NCBI GenBank assembly: GCA_040755455.1 | Contig: JBFMAY010000004.1 | Location: 1 to 64,000, forward strand | Origin: Thermodesulfobacteriota bacterium | GTDB taxonomy: Bacteria; Desulfobacterota; Desulfobulbia; Desulfobulbales; SURF-16 | DNA length: 64,000 bases | Direction of reading: 5' to 3' | Shown: positions 52,631-63,173 of the stretch, in pieces | Numbering within the stretch: the stretch's first letter is position 1 | Layout: each line of letters starts with the position of its first letter | Notes under the pieces: model-generated | Databases searched by the model: none | Told to the model about the DNA's origin: nothing | What the model saw: only the letters and a program-made list of their open reading frames with translations | Translations under genes and position numbers: made by a program

Positions 52631-52754
52631 GCTTCAGCTCTAATCCCGCCTGCCGCCTCCTCTCTCTTGACAAAGGTCTTTATGGATATGATGTTTGCCT
52701 GAAATAGGAATGGGACTCAACCGATGATGCGGTTTTAAGTCCGGCAAGATACAG

Positions 52755-53729
52755 ATGAAGAAAAAAAACCTCTCATTAACCAATTTCGCCTGGCTTTCCA
52801 TCGGTGCGGCACTTTTCACCATGGCCTTGAAAACCCTGGCGTACCTGCTGACCGGCTCAGTGGGACTGCTGTCTGACGCTCTTGAATCTTTGGTCAACCT
52901 GGCCGGGGCATTGATGGCCCTGGCCATGTTACGGGTTGCCGCCCTGCCGGCTGACGAAAATCATGCCTACGGCCACACCAAAGCGGAATATTTTGCCAGC
53001 GGCGTTGAAGGAACATTGATTCTTATTGCCGCGGTCAGCATTGCCGTTGCTGCGACGCAACGATTCATTTCCCCAAAACCTCTGGAGCAGATAGGACTGG
53101 GCTTAGGTGTTTCCATGGCCGCAGCATTGGTCAACCTCTTTGTGGCTTTGATTCTGCTGAGGGCCGGAAAACTTTATCACTCCATTACCCTTGAAGCCAA
53201 TGCCCATCATCTGTTGACCGATGTCTGGACATCAGCCGGCGTTTTAGTTGGGGTGGGAGCCGTCGCATTAACCGGTTGGCAAAGGCTGGATCCGCTTGTC
53301 GCTTTCATCGTCGCCGGCAACATCGTCTGGACCGGTATTCAGATCGTGCGCAAATCGATTCATGGTCTGATGGATACGGCAATACCGCCGCAAGACATGC
53401 AAATTATCCGCAGTATACTCAAAAAGTACACCCAGTCGGAGATAGACTATCATGCCTTGCGCACCCGCCAGTCGGGTGCGCGGAAGTTTGTTTCTTTCCA
53501 TGTCCTTACCCCTGGGACGTGGACGGTGAATCAGGGTCACCGCCTTGTCGAGGATATTGAGGCGGATATTCGCCGCGCCCTGCCCAACGTCACGGTGTTT
53601 ACCCACCTGGAACCCTTCTCTGATCCGGCATCGTGGGCGGATCTGCATCTGGATCGCATGGATAATGACATCGATTCAGGCACGTTGACGGATAACCATC
53701 GACCATCACCTGACTCCGATAGGCCTTAA
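52755..53729 (+). CDS. Cation diffusion facilitator (FieF/EmfA-like) metal exporter
   Basis: GSVGLLSDALESLVN, HAYGHTKAEY, HHLLTDVW, LDP, HLEP. Confidence 0.92.
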   Translation: MKKKNLSLTNFAWLSIGAALFTMALKTLAYLLTGSVGLLSDALESLVNLAGALMALAMLRVAALPADENHAYGHTKAEYFASGVEGTLILIAAVSIAVAATQRFISPKPLEQIGLGLGVSMAAALVNLFVALILLRAGKLYHSITLEANAHHLLTDVWTSAGVLVGVGAVALTGWQRLDPLVAFIVAGNIVWTGIQIVRKSIHGLMDTAIPPQDMQIIRSILKKYTQSEIDYHALRTRQSGARKFVSFHVLTPGTWTVNQGHRLVEDIEADIRRALPNVTVFTHLEPFSDPASWADLHLDRMDNDIDSGTLTDNHRPSPDSDRP

Positions 53730-53941
53730 AGACATCTCACTGCCGACAAAATTGAGCCCTTTATGGTGATGGACCGTCATCAGCATGCTTTCTCCGGCAA
53801 AGGCGGGTAAAATCGACGATTTTGCCGCCGGTCCGTGAAAAAAAGAATCAACTATTTTTCTCAAATGGCATATAACAAACATTTATAGTAAAATAATAAT
53901 CTAGACATGCAACCAATCATTAACTCGCTACGGAGGAACTT

Positions 53942-54454
53942 ATGGCCCATATTACTCTGCACGGAAACCCGCTGGATACGATTGGCGAACTACCTGGAAC
54001 CGGCACGAAAGCGCCGTCCTTCTCACTGGCCAAGACAGACCTGTCGAATTGCTCACTGCAGGATTTTATTGGAAAAAAAATTGTATTGAACATCTTTCCC
54101 AGCATTGACACTCCGGTCTGCGCAGCATCTGTGCGACGATTCAACAAGGAGGCGGGTGAAGCGGAAAACACCGTGGTCCTCTGTATCTCCGCAGATCTTC
54201 CCTTTGCCCACAACCGGTTTTGCGAAACCGAGGGACTAAAAAACGTTATCCCTGTTTCGGTCTTCCGCTCAGCAGATTTCGGCAAGGATTACGGGGTGAC
54301 GATAATCAGTGGTCCGCTTACCGGGCTTCTCTCCCGGGCCGTGGTCATCATTGACAACTCCGGCAAGGTCGCTTACGCTGAACAGGTTCCCGAGATTGCC
54401 CAGGAACCTGATTATGCCAAGGCCATGGGTGTGCTTGCAGAATTGCCTGCTTGA
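53942..54454 (+). CDS. tpx: Thiol peroxidase (atypical 2-Cys peroxiredoxin)
   Basis: FPSIDTPVCA, ISADLPFA..RFC, EQVPEI..EPDY; RBS GGAGGA. Confidence 0.96.
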   Translation: MAHITLHGNPLDTIGELPGTGTKAPSFSLAKTDLSNCSLQDFIGKKIVLNIFPSIDTPVCAASVRRFNKEAGEAENTVVLCISADLPFAHNRFCETEGLKNVIPVSVFRSADFGKDYGVTIISGPLTGLLSRAVVIIDNSGKVAYAEQVPEIAQEPDYAKAMGVLAELPA

Positions 54455-54622
54455 TAATCGGCAGCCCAGATGGAAACCATCCCCTGCCACAATGACTGAA
54501 AACAGCTCTTGCGGCAGGGGATGGCACCATGGTATTTAACTATACGGTAATTCTCCTTTGTGCAGCAATTCCCGCTATAACCCTTCCCTGCGCAATGACA
54601 AAAGGGCTTCAGGACAAAAAAC

Positions 54623-55123
54623 ATGACCGAAGCACATGAAAAGATTCTCCTGCAGACTTATGCATTACTCTCCAGAGCGGCAGCGCGGAAAAAAATATAC
54701 TCGTTAAAAGCCCTCAAGGAAGAAAAACCCCAGACTGCCCACCTGCTCAGGGCACTTTCCGAGTCTGAGGGGGCTCAGGCCCGCCGTATATTAAGCATGG
54801 TGAGAGGGAAAATTGATCCTGCCGCCAGCTATATTGCGACGATATTTGAAAAAGAAATTGAAGAAATATTAGAAAGATATGCAAAAGAGATCAACAACGC
54901 CAAGGAAGCGGGGTTGACAACCGTTGCCAATGCACTTTCCCAGCTTTATGCGGCTGAAAGCCAACTCAACATCTTTTATTTGAGCAACTCACAGGATGTC
55001 AGTGTTGCGGAGGGTGACAAATACTTTGTCTGCCAATTCTGCGGATACGTTGGCAAGTCGCACCCTCCGGACAATTGTCCGGTTTGTGGCGCGGTAAAGG
55101 AAACTTTTAAGGAAATTCAATAA
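54623..55123 (+). CDS. Rubrerythrin-like protein (degenerate ferritin-like domain + rubredoxin knuckle)
   Basis: C-terminal VCQFCGY...PDNCPVCGA.K..F; helical N-terminal domain with rubrerythrin-like spacing. Confidence 0.8.
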   Translation: MTEAHEKILLQTYALLSRAAARKKIYSLKALKEEKPQTAHLLRALSESEGAQARRILSMVRGKIDPAASYIATIFEKEIEEILERYAKEINNAKEAGLTTVANALSQLYAAESQLNIFYLSNSQDVSVAEGDKYFVCQFCGYVGKSHPPDNCPVCGAVKETFKEIQ

Positions 55124-55236
55124 GATCTCATCCGGTCATACAACCTAACATATACCCCCCCAACCTTTTTCAACTCTCGTCCCTTATGCGGAGAAGCTTG
55201 CACGCAGGATACCCCTGCCCCAAGCTTTACCGCATG

Positions 55237-55704
55237 TTATTTTTTGGGAGGGAAAAATTTTCTGAATTCTTCTGAATTACCCGGATCATCCAGTTCGCTG
55301 ATCTCGACAAGCTGTTTGCTCACCTCCTGGATTTTTGTCTCCAGTTTTTCCAGTGAGGATACCGAGATTGTTCCTTCCTCTTCGGCCTCAAGCCTGATCA
55401 GCATGACACAATTGAGGAAATTATTCACAATATGCTGCACCGTGTGCATTGTTGTCTGGAGCGTCCTCAGTCTTGCCTCCCGCAATTCTACTTCCACTCT
55501 TCTTTTCTCAATCTTTTCCGTCCAGTTGGAAAGGGCCAGGGAAACACAGGTGGCGAGCAAAGAGGAGAAGACAATGGTCATGATATGCGACTCCCAGATG
55601 GTGTATTGACCTTTCAGGAGATAAAACTTGATGACCTGATACAGGGTCATCACGATTGCCATGAGAATAAATGGAAGAAATATTCTTTTAACGTATTTCA
55701 TCAA
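55237..55704 (-). CDS. Two-TM membrane protein with HisKA-like cytoplasmic helices
   Basis: Two hydrophobic segments, a coiled coil, then TVQHIVNNFLN. Confidence 0.75.
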   Translation of the reverse strand: MMKYVKRIFLPFILMAIVMTLYQVIKFYLLKGQYTIWESHIMTIVFSSLLATCVSLALSNWTEKIEKRRVEVELREARLRTLQTTMHTVQHIVNNFLNCVMLIRLEAEEEGTISVSSLEKLETKIQEVSKQLVEISELDDPGNSEEFRKFFPPKK

Positions 55705-56433
55705 TCGCGCCTCACACTGGCCCCTGAACTCTTTTCATACACGATAAGCATCTTCCTCTCATCCGCCGGAATTCAATCAGTGCGGGAAACTCTTGCACCG
55801 CTGAACATTACCTGATTTTCTGGTTTAAAAGCTAATGATTTTCCAGGATAAGGATAAAGTTTTCTCCACCGGGGCAACCCGCAAATCGGCGGCAGTTTTT
55901 TTTCTCCCTGCCGGACTGTCTCGTATTGATTGCCCCTTGAGGGTGCAAAAAACTCGCGGCAGCCGCTACAGCGCATGACGACCTCCTTTTTTATCGTCAC
56001 GGAAATCCCCTGCGGGGACTCTTGGGAAGCCATCAAGTTTGCGTACAACATAAATACCTTCCGAGACAGGGGCGGCAAGCTGGATCTCACCCGTGGGTAC
56101 CGCATATTATAAAAAATTGAAATGTATTATCTCATCTCCTTGATCGCCGCTTATCTGATCTGATAAGGTTATATGAGATGGACTGTGATGACGCATGGCA
56201 AGAAAATGGGTAATCCGAGTTAGCCGAGGCAACACCCGCCAATGAAGATCAACCTACAGGAATCGGTATTGTCTTGCAACAACGTTTCTCGGTCATCTCT
56301 TCACCGCACCGCTTGCCCCATCCACGGCAAATCGTCAATTTATTCACGTCGTTCATCATGGTGAAATCATTCGGCAACTATTCGATACCACCGGATTTTC
56401 CGGTTCACCCACTACCATCCCTATGTGATTCCT

Positions 56434-59391
56434 ATGCCCTCCTTAGTAATAAATCATTACAAATTGTTCTTGAAAATTATCCTGCCGATCATCTTGGTGA
56501 TCATCATGGGAGCAGCCGCTTCCTACCTGATACAGAGCAACGCGGCAAAATCAGAACGTTTTTTCATCGCATTTTTTACTGACACCCTTGAGCACAACAA
56601 GCATCTGCATGAACTGGAAAACCAATTTGTCAGCCGGCATCTTCTGCTGATGGAGCACTTGTCGTCCAAAAATCCCCAGAAAATGACCGAGCTGGCAGAA
56701 AAAATCCATCAGCTTCAAGTCGGGATCGACTTCTTTTTTGAAAATCACGAGCGGCAATATGGTCAGTCACATAACAGGGCACTAAATGAACTCCAGGAAC
56801 TAAACGGGCGATATAACATCAACAGCAGCCACGTTATGCAAGCCAGCATGCATCTGGATAAGGATAAAGCCTCCGACATTCTTAACTATGAGACGAAACC
56901 CGTCCTGTCGCAGATTGATAACATCATCAGCAAGGAAATGAACATCGACAAACAAACGATGGATAATTTTTTCCATAATGCCGTGCAGACCCATGAGCGC
57001 AATCATGCCCTGGCCTGGGCACTGGTGCTCACCTCAGCTGTTCTCTCGACCATGGTTGCTTTTCTGCTGGCCAGATATATCACCAGTCAGGCGGATGCGA
57101 TCATCTGTTATGTCGAAGCGCTGGGCCAGGGCAATTTTACCGCCAAATTGAAGTCAAGGCCGCAGAGTGAATTCAGCAGACTGGCAAAGAGTCTGACCGC
57201 CATGGGTGAAAGTCTCGCCTCTTCCTTCCAAAAACAGCAAACAATAGCCCGCCAACTGGAACACCAGACCGCCGAGCTGGAGGAATCAGAACGAATGCTT
57301 CAGGCCAGGCATCAGCAACTCGAGCAGATTAATCAACAACTGCACAATGAAATAACAATCAGTCAGCACCTCACCGAAGAATTACAAAAAAGCAAGGAAC
57401 ATTACCGGGAGTTCATCGAAGGGACGGAAGATCTCGTTGCCCAGATAGATGTTGAAGGCAAATTCACCTTCGTCAATCACATGGCCCGCAAGATTTTCGG
57501 CATCAGCCCTGAGGAATGTATCGGCCTGAACTCCTTTGATTTCATTCATCCCGATGACCGGCAACGCACCATTGACGACCTGGGAATATGGATCGCAACA
57601 CGGTCTACCCACGTTTCCTATGAAAACCGGCAGGTCAGCAGGAACGGCGAGGTCAGAAATTTTCTCTGGTCCATCAGACTTCACTACGATAACGCGGGCA
57701 GGATTGCCAATATCAATGGCATTGCCAATGATATTACCGAGATCAAACTGACAGAGGAGGCCCTTGAACTGGCCAGGAAATCAGCGGAAGACGCAAGTCA
57801 TGCCAAAAGTCTTTTCCTTGCCAACATGAGCCATGAGATCCGCACGCCGATGAATGTTATTCTGGGCATGAATCGCCTGGCCCTCGCCACCGATCTCACC
57901 CAGGAACAGAAGAATTACCTGACGGCAGTCCAGGAATGCGCCGAATCTCTTCTTAAAATTATTAATGACATCCTGGACTTTTCCAAAATTGAGGCCGGCC
58001 AGCTCGATCTGCATGAATTCCCTTTTGATTTACGGAAAGTTGTAACCTCGGTCATTAATACCCTGGCCCCGAAGGCCACGGAAAAAGGCTTGTCGTTATC
58101 CCTTGATCTGCCGGCAGATATTCCCACCGCCCTGATGGGTGATAACACCCGGTTGCGCCAGATTCTGGTTAACCTCATCAATAATGCCCTGAAATTTGCC
58201 GATAAAGGCGATGTGAATGCCCGGGTGATAATGGTGCAGCAGGATGAGGATGCGATCCATCTTCAGTTTGCCATAACCGACCACGGTCCGGGGATTCCCG
58301 AGGCCTATCTGGAAAAAATTTTTCACAGTTTCTCCCAGATCGACAACAGCATGAACCGAACCCATGGCGGTGCCGGACTGGGGTTGGCGATCTGCAAAAA
58401 ACTGACTGAAATGCTGGGCGGCAAAATCTGGGTGGAAAGTCAGATGGGTTCAGGCTCCACCTTTTATTTCACCGTGCAATTCAAAAAAGACAAGGCCGAT
58501 ACGCTAAAGGGCCTGGCTGAGCCGGATAGCAGTAACGATCTGGCACTGCCCACTGTCCCATTGCATATCCTGCTGGTGGAAGATAATGAGTTCAATATGC
58601 GGCTGGCCAAAACCATTCTTGACAGGTCGGGACACCACGTTACTGCAGCCCCAACAGGTTATGCGGCCCTTGCAATGCTTGCCCAGGCAAATTTTGATGT
58701 CATTTTTATGGATGTGCAGATGCCGGTCATGGATGGCGTTACCGCAACGAAATATATCCGCCAGTGTGAACACGGCATTATTCCGACCGACCATGAAGAC
58801 CAGAAGTTGATGCGGAAACTGGTTGCAAAAAATAACGGGTCGCATATCCCGATTATTGCCATAACAGCCCATGCCATGTCCGGAGATCGGGACAAATGCA
58901 TCAATGCCGGCATGGATGATTATATCACCAAACCTTTTATTCCCGAGGAAATCATTGCTGTCTTAACCCGCCTTCACCTTAAATCCGATCAAGGCCGGCA
59001 CGCATCGGCAATGTTAACTGCCGAGACAAAAAAAACTACCCCCCCGGTTACCAAGGCTGATGCAGCGGATGCAAAGGGATTGCGGGATCAGATCAGGAAA
59101 CACCTGCAGCTTGTCTACGGTTTCGCCGATGACCGGCTTGATGCAATGGTGGAGGTGGGGATAAAAACCATTGACGATCACCTGGGCAGCTTTGATAAAC
59201 ATATCGAGGCGGGAGCCTGGCACGATTTGGCTTTTTCCGCCCATGCCCTGAAGGGAGTTCTTTTAAATCAGGGGCTGAGCGGCCAGGCCGAGTTGGCCCG
59301 TCAAATCGAGCTGGCGGCCAAGGCCGGCGAAAAGGCACCATTTGCTGAATGGGCCGACACCTTAAGAAAAGATTTACAGATAACCACTTAA
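56434..59391 (+). CDS. Hybrid sensor kinase (periplasmic helical domain, HAMP, PAS, HisKA, HATPase, REC, Hpt)
   Basis: FLANMSHEIRTPMN, NLINNALKF, GAGLGL, FMDVQMP, ITKPF, C-terminal AHALKG. Confidence 0.94.
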   Translation: MPSLVINHYKLFLKIILPIILVIIMGAAASYLIQSNAAKSERFFIAFFTDTLEHNKHLHELENQFVSRHLLLMEHLSSKNPQKMTELAEKIHQLQVGIDFFFENHERQYGQSHNRALNELQELNGRYNINSSHVMQASMHLDKDKASDILNYETKPVLSQIDNIISKEMNIDKQTMDNFFHNAVQTHERNHALAWALVLTSAVLSTMVAFLLARYITSQADAIICYVEALGQGNFTAKLKSRPQSEFSRLAKSLTAMGESLASSFQKQQTIARQLEHQTAELEESERMLQARHQQLEQINQQLHNEITISQHLTEELQKSKEHYREFIEGTEDLVAQIDVEGKFTFVNHMARKIFGISPEECIGLNSFDFIHPDDRQRTIDDLGIWIATRSTHVSYENRQVSRNGEVRNFLWSIRLHYDNAGRIANINGIANDITEIKLTEEALELARKSAEDASHAKSLFLANMSHEIRTPMNVILGMNRLALATDLTQEQKNYLTAVQECAESLLKIINDILDFSKIEAGQLDLHEFPFDLRKVVTSVINTLAPKATEKGLSLSLDLPADIPTALMGDNTRLRQILVNLINNALKFADKGDVNARVIMVQQDEDAIHLQFAITDHGPGIPEAYLEKIFHSFSQIDNSMNRTHGGAGLGLAICKKLTEMLGGKIWVESQMGSGSTFYFTVQFKKDKADTLKGLAEPDSSNDLALPTVPLHILLVEDNEFNMRLAKTILDRSGHHVTAAPTGYAALAMLAQANFDVIFMDVQMPVMDGVTATKYIRQCEHGIIPTDHEDQKLMRKLVAKNNGSHIPIIAITAHAMSGDRDKCINAGMDDYITKPFIPEEIIAVLTRLHLKSDQGRHASAMLTAETKKTTPPVTKADAADAKGLRDQIRKHLQLVYGFADDRLDAMVEVGIKTIDDHLGSFDKHIEAGAWHDLAFSAHALKGVLLNQGLSGQAELARQIELAAKAGEKAPFAEWADTLRKDLQITT

Positions 59392-59533
59392 AGATCCGCC
59401 AACGCCGAGACAACATCTCCCGGTTCAGCAAAAATATTTTTATTTCACTGGACATACTCAATCCATTTTCATAGGATAATACATGGATAAAAAATGAATA
59501 ATATATGCGCCATCAAAATGACAGGATTCCCAA

Positions 59534-59547
59534 TTGATGATAATCAA
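59534..59547. promoter_or_regulatory. Perfect FNR-type palindrome TTGAT-N4-ATCAA
   Basis: ttgatgataatcaa in the AT-rich intergenic region upstream of the 59932 operon. Confidence 0.5.
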
Positions 59548-59931
59548 GTTAAAAATAACAAAATTATTAATCACATCTATCTGAAAAAATTAGTCAAAGC
59601 CAGCTGTTGAATATAATGCAAGTTAGGGTTTAGCATCATAGCACTGTTGCTACATAAAAATGCTAGATCCCTGCGGCCCGTACCACTATTAAAAAAAATT
59701 CATATATCGTGAGACAGGGCATGAAGGCTCCCGGATTCCCTGAATTGTCCATTCATCTTTTCCGTAAGATCAATGCATAATGCCGGACGGAAGAAAAACG
59801 CCATGCAGTCGGAAGTCAGATCAAGACAAGGGCGTTACCGCCAAGGGCAGTGTTGACTGCCTTCCGTTCTGCCTGGAAATTTTCGACAGAGGAAGGTCTA
59901 TGAATGGCAAAAAAAACTTTCAGACGACTGG

Positions 59932-61572
59932 ATGACGACAATGACCATGACGAACTGTCAACATGCCCTGGACGAATTTCTTGACGATGTTCGCCATCAG
60001 GATCTGGTTAAAGCAAAAATCGTTATGGGCTGCTTTAACAGGCTCGCCTCCATGGAACAAAGGCGTATCCTCTATGAACTGAACAAATGCGCTGATGACT
60101 TCGCCCTTCCACTGCTGGTCCTGCTTGTCGTTCATGATCAAAAAAACGCTGACGACTACCCTGCCCTGCTGGAAGCCATTCTGGCCAGGGCCATCAACCG
60201 TCCTGATATCATCATCAAAGAGCTGCGCCGATCATCACCTGAACAATACTACCATATCAGACTTTGCGGCCAGCTACGCCTGGAACAGGCGGTTGAACCG
60301 CTAGCCGCCGTCCTGACGACGGCAACTAATACCAGTATCCTACAAGAAACAATCAATGCCTTGGGTTTGATCGGTAATCACCAAGCTGCTAAAGCGGTGA
60401 CAGAATATCTCTATTCAGACCATAAGGACCTCATTTCCGCGGCAATCGAAGCACTTGGCCGCATAGCAACCCCGACTGCCATGTTTTATCTGGCTGAACG
60501 CCTGGGCAAGGATGAAGAGACCGACATGCTTATCCTGGACATCTTCGCCGCAGTTCAGGATGACATATCGCTTCACAAACTCAATGACACCCTCAGAGCC
60601 AGATCCGCCCATCTCAGAAATTACAGCAAGCAGAAGCTGGTTTCCATCGGCGCCAAGTCCCTAGCTGTCGTGACCGCCAACCTTGCCATTCCGGATGATG
60701 ATTTGCAGATTCACTCGCTCAACATCCTGCAGGACATCGGCGATGAAACATCTGTCATTTCTTTACGCCAGCTGCTTAACAGCTGTCCCAGAAATGCCAA
60801 CGTGCGTTTTGCCGCATATGAGGCCCTGGCACGGCTGCCGGGTCTCAAAGGTGATTACGTTCTTGCCGCAGGGCTCACCGATCCTGATGCCAATGTCCGG
60901 ATGGCTGCGACCAGGGCCATTGACGGCAATTTCGATGCGGTTCTGGCCGCCGGCATAAAAAACATGGTGAAAAAACAGGATGGAGAATCCGTGCGGATCA
61001 TCAAGGCCGTAGTCGACAGTCAATCGGAACATATTTTTCTTTCCCTGCTGGATGTTGATTTCTTCCGGGCCATTATCCTGGACTATCTTGCCGTCAAGGT
61101 CCACCCGGAGACCAGGGAGTTCTATCTGCATCTCCTGAGAAAAGAAAACCACAATGAACTGGCAGGCAAAATTGTCAGCAGGTCGGTGCAGGAGGTTGAT
61201 ATCGGCCAGATGGCAAAGATCTGCGCCGTGGATGACTCCAGGATGATCTTAAATGTGTATCGCAGCGTACTGACCGAACTCGGCTATGATCCTGTCCTGT
61301 TCTCCAATCCCGAGACTGCCCTTAACTGGCTGAAGGAGGAAAAGCCCCTGCTTGTCTGCACGGATTTGAACATGCCGCAATTAACCGGCATCGAACTTAT
61401 CCGTCAGCTTCGTCAGTGGTACGGCAAGGATGAGCTTCCCATACTCATGGTAACAACCCAGAATGATCAGCGCGATAGCAATGAAGCCTATGCTGCCGGG
61501 GCCAACGCTATCATGAACAAACCTTTTGACGCGGACAAAATGCGCCTCATGATCAATGACGTCATCAGTTAA
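59932..61572 (+). CDS. HEAT-repeat protein with C-terminal receiver domain
   Basis: HEAT-like repeats (NALGLIGN, EALGRIA, NVRFAAYEALA, DPDANVRMAA); AVDDS, TDLNMP, MNKPF. Confidence 0.9.
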   Translation: MTTMTMTNCQHALDEFLDDVRHQDLVKAKIVMGCFNRLASMEQRRILYELNKCADDFALPLLVLLVVHDQKNADDYPALLEAILARAINRPDIIIKELRRSSPEQYYHIRLCGQLRLEQAVEPLAAVLTTATNTSILQETINALGLIGNHQAAKAVTEYLYSDHKDLISAAIEALGRIATPTAMFYLAERLGKDEETDMLILDIFAAVQDDISLHKLNDTLRARSAHLRNYSKQKLVSIGAKSLAVVTANLAIPDDDLQIHSLNILQDIGDETSVISLRQLLNSCPRNANVRFAAYEALARLPGLKGDYVLAAGLTDPDANVRMAATRAIDGNFDAVLAAGIKNMVKKQDGESVRIIKAVVDSQSEHIFLSLLDVDFFRAIILDYLAVKVHPETREFYLHLLRKENHNELAGKIVSRSVQEVDIGQMAKICAVDDSRMILNVYRSVLTELGYDPVLFSNPETALNWLKEEKPLLVCTDLNMPQLTGIELIRQLRQWYGKDELPILMVTTQNDQRDSNEAYAAGANAIMNKPFDADKMRLMINDVIS

Positions 61573-61588
61573 CAGGTCAATAGCCATT

Positions 61589-62704
61589 ATGAATGACGCC
61601 TTAACCGTTCTTATTATTGATGATGTATTTCTGAACATCATGATCCTGCAAGATCTGTTGAGCAATGAGGGCTATTGCGTCTTAACCGCCGCCAGCGGCC
61701 CGGAAGGGAGAAAGCTGGCCAGGGAAATAATACCGGATATGATTCTGCTCGATGTGGTGATGCCCGAAGAGGATGGTTTTGAAACGTGCAAAAAACTAAA
61801 ACTTGATCCCGCAACCGCTGACATCCCGATTATTTTCATCTCCACCGCTGACGATACGGAGAGCAAACTGAAGGGTCTGTCCATCGGCGGCTTGGATTAT
61901 ATCGCCAAACCATTCCAGCCGGCTGAAGTGCTGGCCCGGGTGAAGAACTATTTAAAGCTGCGTTTTTCCTATCTGCGGGTCATCGAAGAACAGGCCATGC
62001 GCCTCCAGCAGGTACAGCAGGCTCAGCAGGCCCTGCTTGTAAAGCCCGAAGAATTACCTGCGGCGAAATTTGCCGTCAACTACCTGCCCATATTAGAAGC
62101 CGGCGGCGATTTTTATGATGTTTTTGAAATCAGCAAGGATCTGACCGGTTATTTCGTCTCGGACATGTCCGGTCATGATATTGGCGCCTCCTTTACCACC
62201 TCGGCCCTCAAGGCCCTGGTAAGGCAAAACTCATCACAGCTCTTTGCTGCCGATGAAACCACACGGATGATCAACAGCGTCCTGATGTCGATTTTTGCCG
62301 AAGGCCGGCACCTTACCGCGGTTTACCTGCAACTGAACCGCAATCTTGCCAAAATGACCATTGTCAATGCCGGTCACCTGCCGGTGGTGATTCTCTCCCG
62401 CAGCGGTGATGTTCAGTTGATCAAACCAACCGGTGATATCCTCGGCTCTTTTCGCAACGCATTTTTTGAGTGCCGGGAGGTCAATGTCAGCGAGGGAGAC
62501 CGTTTTTTCCTCTTTACCGATGGTCTGATCGAGTCAATGCAACCGCCGAGAACCCGCGAACAAGGCATGGAGCTCCTGATAAAAAAATGTCTCCAGACAA
62601 GAGAGATGCCGCTGCACCGATCCGTGGAAGACATTGTCCGGCATATGCTGTCCGGCTGCAAAAAACCTGACGACGATGTGCTGCTGATGGGCGTGAGTAT
62701 TTAA
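61589..62704 (+). CDS. REC-SpoIIE (PP2C, RsbU-like) serine phosphatase
   Basis: Receiver; AGGDFYD, SDMSGH, NAGH, FTDGLIE, DDD. Confidence 0.93.
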   Translation: MNDALTVLIIDDVFLNIMILQDLLSNEGYCVLTAASGPEGRKLAREIIPDMILLDVVMPEEDGFETCKKLKLDPATADIPIIFISTADDTESKLKGLSIGGLDYIAKPFQPAEVLARVKNYLKLRFSYLRVIEEQAMRLQQVQQAQQALLVKPEELPAAKFAVNYLPILEAGGDFYDVFEISKDLTGYFVSDMSGHDIGASFTTSALKALVRQNSSQLFAADETTRMINSVLMSIFAEGRHLTAVYLQLNRNLAKMTIVNAGHLPVVILSRSGDVQLIKPTGDILGSFRNAFFECREVNVSEGDRFFLFTDGLIESMQPPRTREQGMELLIKKCLQTREMPLHRSVEDIVRHMLSGCKKPDDDVLLMGVSI

Positions 62705-62705
62705 T

Positions 62706-63122
62706 ATGTATCATCTGGAAGAGTTCGAGCATGGCTTCGACGTGACAATGCCGGCAGCTTTTAACGCGGTGGACACGGTATGTGCAGCGGTCGAAAAATT
62801 CATGCGTGAACACGACATGACAGGCAAGCATATCTATGAAGTGCAGCTCGGCTTACGGGAGGTCATGTCCAATTCGATCATGCACGGCTCACTGGGCAAC
62901 GCCATGCATAACATTTATTTCCGGCTATCTTATGACAAAGGCAATCTCCATATCAGGATACGCGACCAGGGGCCGGGATTTGACTGGCGGAAAGCCTTGA
63001 GTAAACCCGTTACTCCCCTGCAGGAGAACGGCATGGGACTGAAGATTATCCGGCTTTGTTTTGACGTGCTGCGCTTTAATGAAGCCGGCAATGAAGTGGA
63101 ACTGATTAAAAAAGTACCATAA
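62706..63122 (+). CDS. RsbW/SpoIIAB-like anti-sigma factor serine kinase
   Basis: LREVMSNSIMHG, IRDQGPGFDW, ENGMGL, GNEV. Confidence 0.9.
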   Translation: MYHLEEFEHGFDVTMPAAFNAVDTVCAAVEKFMREHDMTGKHIYEVQLGLREVMSNSIMHGSLGNAMHNIYFRLSYDKGNLHIRIRDQGPGFDWRKALSKPVTPLQENGMGLKIIRLCFDVLRFNEAGNEVELIKKVP

Positions 63123-63173
63123 TAAAAAAGATATTTTGCAAATAGTTCTTTGTCAAAATGGAGGTTAGCAACG

